A stretch of DNA of 64,000 nt from Octopus sinensis (GCF_006345805.1 NC_043000.1:143778001-143842000); one strand, 5' to 3'. Counted from the first letter of the stretch, positions 1-13,770 are shown. Notes: generated from the letters alone by a model not told the origin. Numbers and translations: made by a program.

Positions 1-87
1 TAAAACGAAACTTTAAATACCCTTCAGCCTGTTAGTTAACTAACTTTCTTAGCAATGTTGAAATTCCGTTCTTGAACACACTGGGAT

Positions 88-106
88 ATCTCTCTCTCTC
101 TCTCTC

Positions 107-167
<61 letters not shown>
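88..167. repeat. (CT)n-(TA)n microsatellite
   Basis: Direct read; representative of dozens of (TA)n/(CA)n tracts in the window. Confidence 0.95.
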
Positions 168-169
<2 letters not shown>

Positions 170-170
<1 letters not shown>

Positions 171-1130
171 CGATGCAAGCCAATCCTTTTACTAAATATG
201 TGTAGCAGCAAATTGAACAGAAAAAAATTACGAATAAACTCTATGCAAATGCCATTTTGCATACGGTCAGCAAGTGTCATTCTGTCTTTTTGTATACTCA
301 GTTTAGTACACTCCAATTCAAAATGCTTCTTGTTCAGTTAGATTAGCATAGACACCTGTCTAGTGTCAATAGACGATGTACGTATACAATGGTTGAATCT
401 TGTTTTCGCCTTTTACGTTTCATTCTTTTCTGTTCAGAAGAAATCGTCTACGATTCTGTCAGGAGAAAGATGATCTCCATGTGATTTAATATGACAAAGG
501 TACGCCGTAGATATGAAAGTGTCCCTACCATTACATCAAGACATATGGGGCTTGGTACAACACCATGAAATTCCTTGAATCCCTGTCCATTGGTCCAAAG
601 TGTTTAAAAGACCTACCTGTAATATACTTAAATACAGTTTATGGATACAAATTTTGAAATGGGTGATCTGACTTTGCATACATTAACCGGAATTAGCTGT
701 AGAAACAAAATATTGGTGACATGGGCACGCTCCTCAGTAAGGTATTTCATTGGTATTTTCGATATGTGGCCATATCTAAAGTAACTTGGGTAATTTTTGC
801 CTGAAAGTCGTGAAATGACCGTCTACGAATAGATATTTTGGTACATACAAACACGTTATTCAATGATTACCTTTGAGATTTATTGCTTGTCATGTCGAAA
901 ATGACTTGCGAATGACTAAATGGGTTATAAGATTTCATTTTAATTATTAAATACCACGTTATCATAATGTACACCTTCTTTTACAACATCACCTGCAATT
1001 CTGCGCTTCTGTAAATCAATTATTCAAATGTCTGCGTGATAGCAACTTTATACCTATACCTATCAACAAATGAATTCCCAGTTTCCAATTATTTACTGCT
1101 AGCATTAAAGATTCACAAGGAATCCTTGAC
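170..1130 (-). pseudogene. Highly decayed Penelope-like reverse transcriptase relic (tentative)
   Basis: Minus-strand fragments in the expected order across frameshifts: SVPMSP (cf. G.PMGSP), WTNGQGFKEFH (cf. W......L..F after the RT DD motif), LDVMV (cf. FLDV). No open frame. Confidence 0.3.
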
Positions 1131-1536
1131 GTTAAGAATTTAAAAGTGGAAAAGTTTAATGATTCGTGAGAGTTCTTTTCAGGTACAAAGCAGTGACTTT
1201 GTACGACACAGAACAGTTTCAGTAGATCTGTTTCTTCAAGTACTTAATAAGTTTCAAGTTGTTAAAATATATATTTCTGGCTAGAGGCATCAATACAAAA
1301 TATTTGAAGCTGGATTGTTGCTCTCTCTGTAATTTATTAAAATATCGAAATCAGTTTTTGAAATTTCTTTTCTGCTTTTTACTTCGTATCAGTATAGAAT
1401 ATAGTTTCCATTATCTAGGTTGCTTAAACACTCTGTATGTAGTCGTGAAAATCAAGAGCCGATGCTTAACATTGCTGGCACCCAATAGTTCTCTGCTCCT
1501 TAAGTGTCCATACAACGCGCTCTCGTGTGTATTTGT

Positions 1537-1720
1537 GTGGACGCGCGTTACTTGGTGGTTAGAGTGATACTTTTATGTTCTTGAGGAAAGCATTTCATTT
1601 CAAGTTGGTCTAGTCCACACAACTTGCAAAAATGAGGAATCCTGTGACAGAGAAGGGTCCCATCCGCAGGGGTGGGGCGTAAGGCAGAGAATCCAGGAAA
1701 TTCGTCTTAAGAATCAGTAG
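1537..1720 (+). mobile_element. Decayed tRNA-derived SINE (family C)
   Basis: Eroded box-A-like head GTGGACGCGCGTTACTTGGTGGTTAG; shares AAAGCATTTCATTTCA.GTT with the copy at 9586. Confidence 0.5.
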
Positions 1721-1848
1721 CTCGAATTGCCGAATAGTGGTTTTATTTCTAATATAATATATATTTATACTGTGAAATTTGATTTAATCTTAAATCTAAT
1801 TTTCTCTGTTTATTTTGATTTACTCCCTAATATTATTATTATTATCAT

Positions 1849-1893
<45 letters not shown>

Positions 1894-1902
1894 ATATATT
1901 TA

Positions 1903-1934
<32 letters not shown>

Positions 1935-4385
1935 GTGTGGGTGTGGGTGTGGGTGGAGGAGAAGAGAGAGAGAGAGAGTTTTTGTCTTGGGATATGCAAC
2001 ATCATCTTACACATAGCCGTCTCTGATACATAACAATAGGTTCCCCATTGTACACATATCTCCGGTTTTTGTTAATCTATTATTCGCTGAAAACAAGATC
2101 TTTTTAACATTAATATTGTAACAAATATATGCGAGTACTTTAATCTGAATTGGATGTTGAGTATTTTCTTTATGGGTTCGTTTCGTATTTAATTGAATTC
2201 GTATTCGATTCTATTTCACGCCAGTAGTGTTTCGGGTCAATGAATTTTAAAGGTAGAACAGGTTTTAAGGGTAAAGCAGAAGCTTTGCGGAGTCAGTTTG
2301 TACCTGTCACTCAATTCAACAGACACACGTGAGCCTGAACTATCTTTAGAGAAATTCATTTGCTGTAACCAGTATATGTCTTCAGTCTGTACATTTTTGT
2401 GACGTCTGTGCAACCCATTCTCCGCGGACGATTTTTCAATATCCACTTACTTCATTCATGCGTATTTTCCTTTCTTCTCTGACAAAGCCACACATACCTG
2501 CATGTGCGAACACAAACACACACACATAAATACACACCAAAAATCCTACAGACACGCTCAAACACATAAAAACCACACACTCATGCAAACACACATGCAC
2601 AAAATACATATGCAGAACACACATAATAACACTTTTATATTTCCTTAGCATTTGAATTTCTGCTCTGTCCATAAATTTGAAAAAACAAAAGCTTTTTTTT
2701 TCTTTTCTGGTAAATAGCCGGCATGTTAGTTCAGATAAGAAATATCAATATATGAAATATGTCTTTTGAACTTGAGTTTCTCTTGTAGAAAAATCTCCAC
2801 TCACAAACTTGTTGAAGCCTTTGTAAAATGTCCTAGAAAAAAGTTTTATAAGCATAGCGCAATAGATATTTAGTGTTTGAAGCTGTCTTTATCAGTTATG
2901 ATTCTGCCGTTGAATATGTGAAGTCGTAGCATATAGAAACGGATACATTAGTTACTACTTGTAATATATAGACATTATAGGTCTTTCATTTGAATATATT
3001 TAAAACCAAGGAATTATAAATTGACATTGTCATTCGTTCTCTATTCTTAATCGTAGCAAATTTCCTTTACTTTTGCATGCAATTGACTTTGTAACAACCT
3101 GGTATACATCCATAATCCAAGCTTTGTATATTTATGATCTTCTGCATATGACGAAATTTCATTTTCAAACTTTCTTGGTGAATAGGCAATTTATAGTAGG
3201 TGTCAGTTTTCCCACTTATATACTGGCGTTCCCTTTAGATGAGAGTCTCATCGTTTAAGAAGCATTTCTTTTCGCTTCAGATTACTGACAGTCTTCAGAA
3301 AGTCATGCATTATCCAGTTACTATTATATATTCGTTTAACTCAAATACTTATAAACTTGTAATAATAGATACACTTTATTTAAAAATACTGAAAAGTAAT
3401 CGATTGTACAGATAAATTTATTCACATACTAAGCTCAATGTAAGAAATAATTTACCTACAGAATTATATTTTCTGTTGAAAGGATATCTATATAATTGAG
3501 ATGTACATGCACGTTCACATTCCATATTTACATTCTCTTCCCAGAAAATATGTACACTTGCATCGAGTCAAAGTAATATATGTAGAGGCATTTTGCAAAT
3601 AATTAGAATGATTATTGAAAAGACGCCAAATATGTTTCACTGAGGTCAGTATTGTAGTTTCCGAACATAGTGAAATACTACTACTGATTTAGCTTTGAGA
3701 ATTGTGTGCAGTAAAAGTGCTGATCATGCAGAGATTGATACTGTTGGTCTTCTTGCTTAGTTCCAAGCCAGTACTCATCAACTCATTCGATGAATTCTGA
3801 TTTCAATAGATAAAGACGAAAAATGGAAAACTGTGACGCATGAAATATTTGTCGGTAATAGCTTGCGGAACGAACAAGTACCAGATAATCGCATATTGGC
3901 GCGCCTGTGTTAGGTCAGTCAAACTGTAGATGCTTTCAAGATTCAGATTTAAAATTTCTTATGAAAAGTAAAACATACTGAGGATGTTACATTATCAAAT
4001 TAGTATTTTATTTGAGACCTCGCTTTGTTTCGCTAAAAGAAACTGAGTAGTCCGTCTCTATGTTAACTATCATGGCTGACGTAGTCCTAGATACACAAGT
4101 GCGGAGAGAAATACGGCATAGATTTATGTGGAAAGTCTTTCATCCTATGTTTGGATGCATAATGTGCACCATGTGAGCTCACTTATTGATGGTCAACTAA
4201 ATACGATTACAACAATACAGTAGATGTAACTGAAAGTGAGAGGTTGGACTAGTCTGCATGTTTTATTACAGACTTAGTAGGCAATACTGTCTCTCAACTG
4301 TAATATTCTACAATGAATTACACATCATTTGCTTTATATTAGAAACGGTTGGCACGAAATTGATATTTTCTGTCTAGCTCACAGT

Positions 4386-4522
4386 AAATCTTAATTAAAG
4401 TCATTGAACGATTATATATATAATTATTGGCGTGTAGTGTAAGAATGATTATACGGGCATAAAAATATACTTCTTCAAAATTTCACTCTAGATTTAAATT
4501 AGATAGAAATGACCGCGAAAGA
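4386..4522 (+). repeat. Left arm of ~137-bp long-range inverted repeat (partner 9867-10003)
   Basis: AAATCTTAATTAAAGTCATTGAACG...GACCGCGAAAGA is the reverse complement of 9867-10003 with only a few mismatches. Confidence 0.9.
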
Positions 4523-5409
4523 CTGAGTGAACTACACTCTTGTTCCTCGGTTGAAAATCCGTTTTGTATTTAATTATATCAGAAAACCAACAATCTCTTG
4601 TCAAACGTCGAGCGATTTATGTGAAATAATTTACTTTGATGTTGTTGTTGTCGAGTTTAGCCCTATTGAAGCATACTGATAAAAATGCTCTGGTAGCAAA
4701 TCTGTATTTTATATCTAGTACTACGTTGGCCAGTGTGCCCTTTACGGTTTAAAAACGTATAATACGATTTTTGAAAGTTTAACAGCTATTATTGGGAAGT
4801 CAAAAGATTACGTATTAGATTCCTGTTTGATGTATTATTGTTCATGACAGCGACAATGTTTGGTATTGTCATTGATAATAGTGGTACTAATGGAGATGAT
4901 GAAAATTTATAAAAAGGTGGTGTAGATTTTTCTCTAATATTGAGGTATAAGCTTATTCTAAGGAGCTTCTACAATTCTAGAATTTTGATAAAATTTATAT
5001 CGTGACCTCATTTGGAATTACCCAGATTAAATTATGTACATGTGGTTTATGTTCGCATGAACAAAAAATATTTTCTAAGTATCGTTTTGATAACATCAAT
5101 CATACAGTAAATGAGCGTATTCTTTTAATTCTTTGAGTCATATGATTGCGTCCGTAGTGGAGAAGCACAAATGTCAATTTAATTACTGACATTGCACGAT
5201 AAGTATTTCTATTGTTGTTAGTGACTGACTGAGATTGGTGAAGGATATTTGGACGATTGTTGACATATTACCCTTTTGAAAGTAAATGTACACGCACTAA
5301 AAAATTATGACCACGGAATATATTCAGCAACGCCTGCTGCAGGCAAAAAATCGTAAATTAAGCAATAGAACTCATTCATTCATATCATTGGTATTCTCTC
5401 TTTCTCTTT

Positions 5410-5786
5410 ACTCTCTTTTACTTGTTTCAGTCATTTTACTTGTTTCACCACCTTTAGTCGAGCAAATTCTTTATAAGCCTAGTACTTATTCTATCGGTCT
5501 CTTTTGCCGAACCGCTAAGTTACGGGGACGTAAACACACCAGTATCGGTTGTCAAGCAATGCTAGGGGGACAAACGCACACACACACATACATATATATA
5601 CATATATATATATACATATATACGACAGACTTCTTTCAGTTTCCGTCTACCAAATCCACTCACAAGGCATTGGTCGGCCCGGGGTTATAGCAGAAGACAC
5701 TTGCCCAAGATGCCATGCAGTGGGACTGAATCCGGAACCATGTGGTTGGTTAGCAAGCTACTTACCACACAGCCAATCCTGCGCCT
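5410..5786 (-). mobile_element. tRNA-derived SINE family A (octopus-type, internal (CA)n(TA)n)
   Basis: Minus-strand head AGGCGCAGGATTGGCTGTGTGGTAAG...GGTTCCGGATTCAGTCCC (box A/B-like) then CTTGGGCAAGTGTCTT (CORE-like); colinear with copies at 12597, 24447, 29361, 47757. Confidence 0.9.
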
Positions 5787-5805
5787 ATTGTGATTTTAAA
5801 AAAAT

Positions 5806-5893
<88 letters not shown>

Positions 5894-6310
5894 ATATATA
5901 CATATATATTACAGATTCTTCCCTAGTGAGGATGCAAGAACAAAATGGTAATATAAATTAGAATTAAGTAAACCTTGAATGAGGAGAATAGTACTTTCTG
6001 ATATTTGCCAGTTGTGTGACGACTGAATATTTCATGTTTTTGTTTTTGGGGACCTCATCAGTGAAGGAGACAGACACGCTCGTTATTATATATTATAAAT
6101 ATTTATGTCACTACAAAACATCACACGATCTATATCGAAAAAGGAGGGATCCTCTTAGAAATACCATGCAGTTCTTCGTCCCTCAAGTTTAAAAATGTAA
6201 CAAGAGCTTAAGATAATGTAGATTTAGCTACAATGCGTGTGTAAAACAAATTTCATTTAGGTTTGTATGCATTTCATAAGATATCTTTTCAGTATTTAGA
6301 ATAGGGTGAC

Positions 6311-6367
6311 ATCTATCTATCTATTTATTTATCTATCTGTTTGTCTGTCTGAGTGTTTGTCTGTCTG

Positions 6368-6457
<90 letters not shown>
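6311..6457. repeat. (TATC)n/(TGTC)n tetranucleotide microsatellite
   Basis: Direct read. Confidence 0.95.
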
Positions 6458-7157
6458 GATTCATATATATCATACAGCATGATAAAATAATATTAACTAT
6501 AGTTAAAGTTTGATTCCGATTTCTATGGACATCACCATCTCATTCCAATTATACAGCACTGTGATGAAGCAGGTGAAGATGATTTAGAGTGTACATATTT
6601 GGATGCAGAACAGCTAAAAGAAAAGAGAAATAACATCTCCAGCTTGGGAGCCTTTTATAACACAGGTGTGTGAAAAAAATTGGTTTCACATCTATTTGGC
6701 GAAATGGATCACTTCTACGCACTGATTTCAAAAATTACAAAGAAATTATTTTATCACGTAGTTTCTTCACGTACCCGATTATTGCGTTTTATCATTATGA
6801 CCGAATTTGACTGCTGTCTTTTATTGTTATTATTAATTGTTCTATTTAAATATACAGTAAAAGTATAATTAACAGTCATACTTTAAAAAAGAATGCATCT
6901 GGCAACATTTGGACACCTTTAGGTTCACAGACACTTGCCTGCATCAATGTAGCTTCAGTCAAACACAAGCACTACAGGGAGAAAAACACGCTTTACTAAG
7001 TCATTTATATAACCTACCTACATTGTTTTATTGAATTATACGTTACATTCCAAATCTTCTCTTATGATATGGTGTATACATTTAGATAGTAAATCAAATG
7101 TATGCTATTCAAAAAGCCCCCCTTTCCTTACAGACTTCCACATCAATTCAACCAAGA

Positions 7158-7555
7158 AAGGCTTCTAGAAGATGTGCAGCTATCTCGAATGATTTCATTA
7201 AATTTATGGCGAGTTTATGCATGACAAATGCGAGAGATATATTACTGAATTTGGCAAAAATCTTACTATATCTACTTTGATGTGAAATCAGAGGCCAGCA
7301 TCAGAAGTGGAATCCTCATAAGCCCTGCTCAATTAGTGTTGGATACATGAAACAATGGATGAATTGTACAAAAGGTTTTTTTCGTTTGAGAGTTACAATT
7401 AAATGGTGAGAGCAGAAGAAACACTTTTGCTCATGTAAATTGCGGGGAACAATTCTAAAAGTGGGAAACACATTGTTTATCAAAATATCTCAACTGCATT
7501 GCAATCTGTTGCACATGGACCTGACGTTTCTGTCATATCACCAACAGAAAACTTT
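7158..7555 (+). pseudogene. Decayed N-terminus of a Chapaev3-like (CMC) DNA transposase
   Basis: Frameshifted translation KASRRC...IYGEF...ITEFGK/SYYIYFDVK/GQHQKWNPHKPC...MKQW...W*EQKKH/IAGNNSKSGKHIVYQNISTALQSVAHGPDV resembles the recalled CYICGE..YFG..DQDK.WAPH..C..WRE.KNH..YPN..SA..PV.H pattern. Confidence 0.6.
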
Positions 7556-8342
7556 CAAGACGTACTCTTGAGTTTTGAATTAGATTTCAGAAAAAGCAAT
7601 AAAACCTTGTAGTTTAAAATGAGCATTAAAGATAATTTCCTACATGCTAACTACTGCTGGAGGTTGCAACGTGAATATTTATCCAATGATATATTTTTAG
7701 GCACTGAACCTAAAATAAATACATGGAGCCTTTGCTAAAATATTACCTTTCAGTTGCATTTGTGCCATTTTAATAGGCTAAATAATATATCAAATTCATT
7801 TCTATTACTTTGCCTTCGTCTTTACCCACAAATTATGACATATTCTACTATTAAATTGTAAGAAAAATGTAAAGTAATGGGAAAGGGATTTTTTTTTTTT
7901 TTCATATTTGGAATTCGCATCAGAACAATATATAGAGTAACTACAGTTCCTTAAAGCATGTTTAAACAAATCCATTTCGAAGGCCTGTGCAATTAGCCTG
8001 ATTTTCTGTGACTTTGGATTAGAACCTGACGGCTTCACCAAAATCCGTGAAATGTTTAGAACACTTGCATTAAAATCTACCAGCCTTCGTTGTGTAGTCC
8101 TTAGTAGTAATATCATATTTGACTAAATATAGACAATGCACCCAGAAAAGTCTCAATAGAGTACTACCGTGTATTACAATAAAGGAATTACGACCTCATT
8201 GATTCTACCAAAATTAAAAATTACTCACCACTGAATACTATCACTTAATGCAGTGCATGATTGATATTGTAGGAATTCTAGATAATTATTGATTGTGTTC
8301 GTTATGATGTTCATTTATATTTGAAATAATGGGGAAATACGT

Positions 8343-8385
<43 letters not shown>

Positions 8386-8439
8386 TATGAGTTCAAAATT
8401 CAAGTCTATAAAGAAATATAATTTCACTAATGAATATTA

Positions 8440-8620
8440 CTTCATTTTAATTTGGCCAAAGTACTAATTTCGAGTATATGGGTTAGAGTCGATCGATTAT
8501 ACTTCAATATAATATTGGTATTTATATCTACAACATTGGAATATTGACATTAAAATCACATATTAGCGTATATTTAAAATCAGCTGATTGAAATCAAATG
8601 ATATTAGCTGCTCTATTATA
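8440..8620 (-). mobile_element. Very decayed SINE family D
   Basis: TTTGGCCAAAG...GGGTTAGAGTCGATCGATT...TGGTATTTAT is colinear with the copies at 20548 and 29053. Confidence 0.4.
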
Positions 8621-9585
8621 TTAATCAAATTACTATACTTTTAACCACATAAAGTAAATATCTACACTGGCAATTCAGTTGGACAGTTATGAAGTTGGGA
8701 ATTGCCTTGTGACATTTAATTACAGCTTTTATAAGTTTCAGTGTAGTTTGCAATTCATGTGTAAAAATATCAGGGCCGCTAAAATTAAAATACATTTCAA
8801 GTACTGGAGTCTATAGCATCAAATATCCATCGTTTCCTAAACGAGTATGGACCATGCGCCTAAAATGGATCTTATTGTTGTTGATACTGTGCAAAGCTAT
8901 TATACGCTACTGTAGTTAACAAGGAAGCGGCATTGGAGTTTGGTGACAAGAAACCTTCATGTATCTCAAGAAAATATCTCTGAATATTCTTGCAGAATAT
9001 ACGACAGCACATTTCTCCAGGTGGATATTGCGTCTTTGAATTCCAATACTCTTCAGCCTCTTCGGTAGAAAGAATATTTATTACAATTGGCTTACAATAT
9101 CTCCTCGCTGCACACAACATAATTTTTCAAACCCGAAATCACTTCGGGTTTAATGATCACCTACCTGCTTCCTTTCCTGACCGCTAGAACTTGTTGATTT
9201 TACTTTTAGTGTGGTACGTGTTGTCCACAGGGAACAGCTTTATAGCGCTTTCCTATGTTAGATATATTTTTATCCAGTTTTGAAAATGGAGAATGAAATT
9301 ATACCTAACATTTAATCCTTACATATATTTTTGTTCGAGTAACTTTTTAGTCCTAGTTTCGTACTCTCTACAGACTTTTTTCATTTTCTTCTATTTACCT
9401 ATCGTCTTCGAACACCCCTAGGGATTCGTTTCCCACATTATTTCCCAGCGCTCTAATAATATAATCTGTGATAATTTTATAACATCAAATTACGGTAACA
9501 GTCTTTATTATTAATCAGAGAGAAACAAAAGAGAACAAAAAGAGATCATGACGTTGTAAAGAGGACTATAAATTAAATTTATATA

Positions 9586-9866
9586 AGGTGAGGGTGCATG
9601 GCCTAGTTGTCGAGGAGTTGTATTCACGACCGCAAAGACGTGGGTTTCACTGGTTGGTGGTTTTCTGAAGGCAAAGCATTTCATTTCACGTTCCTCTACA
9701 ATCAGTTGGGCATCTGATCTGTGACACACTATGCACCTATACAGGTATTGTCGGTTTGAAGGAGCGAGTGAGCTAATGTATATCGCAAATATTTGATCAG
9801 CACTGCTGTTTGTTCAGTAAGAAACCGCAGAACCTTACTACTTTTTTCGGACGTGAGGGACGTGAT
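9586..9866 (+). mobile_element. Decayed tRNA-derived SINE (family C)
   Basis: Head GAGGGTGCATGGCCTAGTTG...CACGACCGCAAAGACGTGGGTTTC, then GCAAAGCATTTCATTTCACGTT as at 1537. Confidence 0.55.
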
Positions 9867-10003
9867 TCTTTCGCGGTCATTACTATCTAATTTAAATCTA
9901 GAGTAAAATGTTGAGTAAGTATATTTTTATGCCCGTATAATCATTATTACACTACACACCAATAAATATATATATAATCGTTCAATGACTTTAATTAAGA
10001 TTT
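9867..10003 (-). repeat. Right arm of ~137-bp long-range inverted repeat (partner 4386-4522)
   Basis: Reverse complement of 4386-4522. Confidence 0.9.
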
Positions 10004-10139
10004 GATATAAATAGCTACATATTAATTGCTGGTTGGGATATATACCTATAAACACATACACTACACATCCATACACCACACACATACACACAGATGCGAG
10101 CGGATATATACATATACCGAATATGCATACATATATATA

Positions 10140-10293
10140 TACGGGGATGCTGAAAAGTTCCTTGCTCTAAGATTGTCGTGAAGGGCCTGGTTGGAGACCG
10201 AACCTTTTGAGTTCGTTTACAAGGCATAGGAAATCTGAATCCTTCTGCATTATCTTTTACCTAAAGCCGGAAACTTTACAGCACCGCCTCGCA
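10140..10293 (+). mobile_element. Mariner-type MITE
   Basis: Degenerate TIRs TACGGGGATGCTGAAAAGTTCC / GGAAACTTTACAGCACCGCCTCGCA; related to 15442-15655. Confidence 0.7.
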
Positions 10294-10941
10294 TAATGAG
10301 TAAGAATATGACACATAGCGTACATAGTTATAGAATGATTATTATATAACAAAGTGATGTACTTATACACATGCGTGTATACATATGCAAGGACATAATA
10401 GATAATTTTATGTACTTGATGATATACTGGTGCACATTATAAAATAACAACCATTTCTTCAGATACTATTGTTAAGGATGTCCCTTTCACATTTCCCACT
10501 TTACTAACTAACAGCACTTAAGATTATTTAAAAGACATTTCTTGAAATGGAAATACATGCCTAAGCATGCAAGCAAAGCGTTAATTACATATGAGTGATT
10601 AAGTACAACGCAGCATTGGCTCGGCTGTTAACACTACTTAAACGAGATAATTAATATTAGAGGAAGTGAATGAAAATACAAATGCAGCGAAAGATTTACA
10701 ACGCGCTCTCGAGCTTGTGTGCGTGTATCTCTGTATGTATGCATGTGTGTATATATGTATCGATCTATATTCAAATATATACATATCTGTATTGTATATA
10801 TATATGTACGTATTTGTTTTTGTTATGCTTCTATATATAGTGGACCATGTAATGTACATATTTTAAAGATGTATGATTTTTGCTGCTGCCGCTGTTGCTA
10901 CTTTTCGTTTTGGTAGTGTTGTTGCTGTTAATAGCTGTACT

Positions 10942-11320
10942 GTGGAGGCGCAATGGCCCAGTGGTTAGGGCAGCGGACTCGCGATCATAGGATCGCGGTT
11001 TCGATTCCCAGACCGGGCGTTGTGAGTGTTTATTGGGCGAAAACACCTAAAAAGCTCCACGAGGTTCCGGCAGGGGATGGTGGTGATCCCTGCTGTACTA
11101 TTTCACCACAACTTTCTCTCACTCTTACTTCCTGTTTCTGTTGTACCTGTATTTCAAAGGCGCTCTCTGTTTCACGCTGAATATCCCCGAGAACTACGTT
11201 GAGGATGCACGTGTCTGTGGAGTGCTCAGCCACTTACACGTTAATTTCACGAGCAGGGTGTTCCGTTGATTCGGATCAACCGGAGCCCTCATCGTCGTAA
11301 CCGACGGAGTGCTTCTATCC
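10942..11320 (+). mobile_element. Full-length tRNA-derived SINE family B with 12-bp target-site duplication
   Basis: Box A TGGCCCAGTGG and box-B-like GGTTTCGATTCC; flanked by the perfect direct repeat AATAGCTGTACT at 10930-10941 and 11321-11332. Confidence 0.93.
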
Positions 11321-12596
11321 AATAGCTGTACTATCGTTAATCTTGCTCCTGTTATTTGTACCAAGAATAATACTACTTACTTCTAATATCGTTGTCTCAA
11401 TTACGATGCTGTTAAATGACAGCACGAACGCTATATCTTGGAAATGAATGCGAGTCGGTTTAAATACCTTACCTCATTTACTTAGTATATATGGTTGGTT
11501 CACGTACCTCTAAGTTCTTTTTTGTCTTTTGACCATGTGGGATCAATAGAAGATGTAAAAATAATCAACTGCTATACGAATACAACGGCTGCACAGCTTT
11601 ACTTGTCATCCGACTCAGAAAATTTTGATTGTCCCAGTGTTAATATGTAACCTGAGAACTAATAAAAATTTTCGGAGATGGATGTTGGTTAGAGATGTGC
11701 CGGCGTATTAATGTAGTAGCTGAATGCCTTTAATAGCGAAATGACTTAAATTGTAGAATGTGGGACTATATAGTGTGTAATACAGTAGCATAAATCTGTT
11801 ACCACATACTCCCATTTTCTTTTTTGTAAATACCGCAAAAACTATTGATATGAATACTAATCGAAATATCTAAGGTTTGCCATTATATGTATGATGGGCA
11901 GACAACAGACCAAAATATTGATTCTGGTACAAGTACTTTATTATTACCAACTCAACAGATTGAAAGGAAAAGTTAACAGGAAGGACATATGGTAGGACAA
12001 ACAAATGATATTTGATATTGTCTGTATGCTAATATAAATTTAGGAAAATAATAGATTATAAATGAGAACATTAAATAATGGTAAGAACCGGTTGTATATG
12101 TCATGAATTATAATAAATGAACCCTAAACAGGAATAAATATGACAATGATAAAATTTCCATAAATATTCAACATAAGGAAGTAATGAGAAGCAAAAATAT
12201 AAAATTGAGATTAACTGAAAATATCGAAATGCCGCGTTATAAGACTTGCCAAGACGCGCAAAGGGACGACACCGAACTGCACGCAAGCTGGCAGTGTCTA
12301 AGCGTTGCTGATTTGTGGTGGTATATCTACGGCAACTGTCGCGTGTAGAAACATATCTGGTTATCGGCTGAGTGTATCGTGAGAGTCATCTCTCCAATCG
12401 TCAAGAAAGATGACACTCAGTGTCTCTGTGAAGTGGTTATGACGATAAGTTAGTGGTGGGAGAAATTGAAAGGACTGAAGTTAAATTTCTCTTCGGTCAG
12501 GCACTCGTCAACATTTTTAAGGTTCCACAGGAAAACGATACTGCATGCAGATAGTGATGTTCCCTCCTCCTGCATTATCCATGTGTTCGCATATAT

Positions 12597-12789
12597 ACTC
12601 TTTACTCTTTTCTCTTTTACTTGTTTCAGTCATTTGGGTTTAGTCGAGCAAATCGACCCCGAGACTTATTCCTTGTAAGCCCAGTACTTATTCTATCGGT
12701 CTCTTTTGCCGAACCACTAAGTGACAGGGACGTAAACACACCAGCGTCAGTTGTCAAGCAATGCTAGGGGGACAAACACAGACACACAA

Positions 12790-12820
<31 letters not shown>

Positions 12821-12991
12821 CATATATACGACAGGCTTCTTTCAGTTTCCGTCTACCAAATCCACTCATAAGGAATTGGTCGGCCCGGGGCTATAGCAGA
12901 AGACACTTGCCCAAGATGCCACGCAGTGGGACTGAACCCGGAACCATGTGGTTGGTTAGCAAGTTACTTACCACACAGCCACTCCTGCGCC
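12597..12991 (-). mobile_element. SINE family A
   Basis: Near-colinear with 5410-5786 and 29361-29722. Confidence 0.9.
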
Positions 12992-13452
12992 AGTCTATAT
13001 TTTATATACGTTCTTCATCTCATTTACCCTCTCTTCTGCCTTTCTTCCCCTAGTATTGTATGTAAAATTCTAAGGAGTCAATATAATCTTCCTCTAAATT
13101 GATGCACGTGTGACAAATAGAAAACATCATCCCACATCATAATCATCATCATCAATATTATTTGTACGTATGCACAATAATAAGTTTATGCCAACATAAC
13201 TATATATGCCTTTATATATGTCTGCGAGTGAAAATTTTGTTTTCACTATAATATTTCTATTTTTCAATTTAACATTTAAATAATCACATTTTGTTGACAA
13301 TAATGTTGTGTGCGAATGAATTCCTGCCATGCTATGGTGTGTCGACAAAAAGTTTGTGCATTCATATATGTGTGCGTGTATATATACATATATATATATA
13401 TACATAACACACACACTCTCATTGATACATGCACATATATGCACAAGCAAAA

Positions 13453-13454
<2 letters not shown>

Positions 13455-13536
<82 letters not shown>

Positions 13537-13585
13537 ATATATATATAATATATATATAAATATAAATATATATTATATATATATA

Positions 13586-13625
<40 letters not shown>

Positions 13626-13645
13626 TATATATATAAATATATATT

Positions 13646-13695
<50 letters not shown>

Positions 13696-13733
13696 AACAT
13701 ATATATATTTATATAAATATATATATATAAATA

Positions 13734-13770
<37 letters not shown>

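Noticed and set aside
5307-5839. Recurrent ORFs resembling each other (also 12751, 29495)
   Set aside because: They are antisense readings of SINE family A copies.
6015-6066. Minus-strand CTGATGAG...GAAA near a (TA)n tract
   Set aside because: No convincing stem I or II pairing; at best a very decayed HHR.
8872-9120. 82-aa minus ORF with faint mariner-like words (KIMLC, YPPG)
   Set aside because: Similarity too weak to call either a gene or a transposase.
10944-11016. Functional tRNA gene
   Set aside because: tRNA-like head lacks a proper acceptor stem and continues into a SINE body with TSDs.
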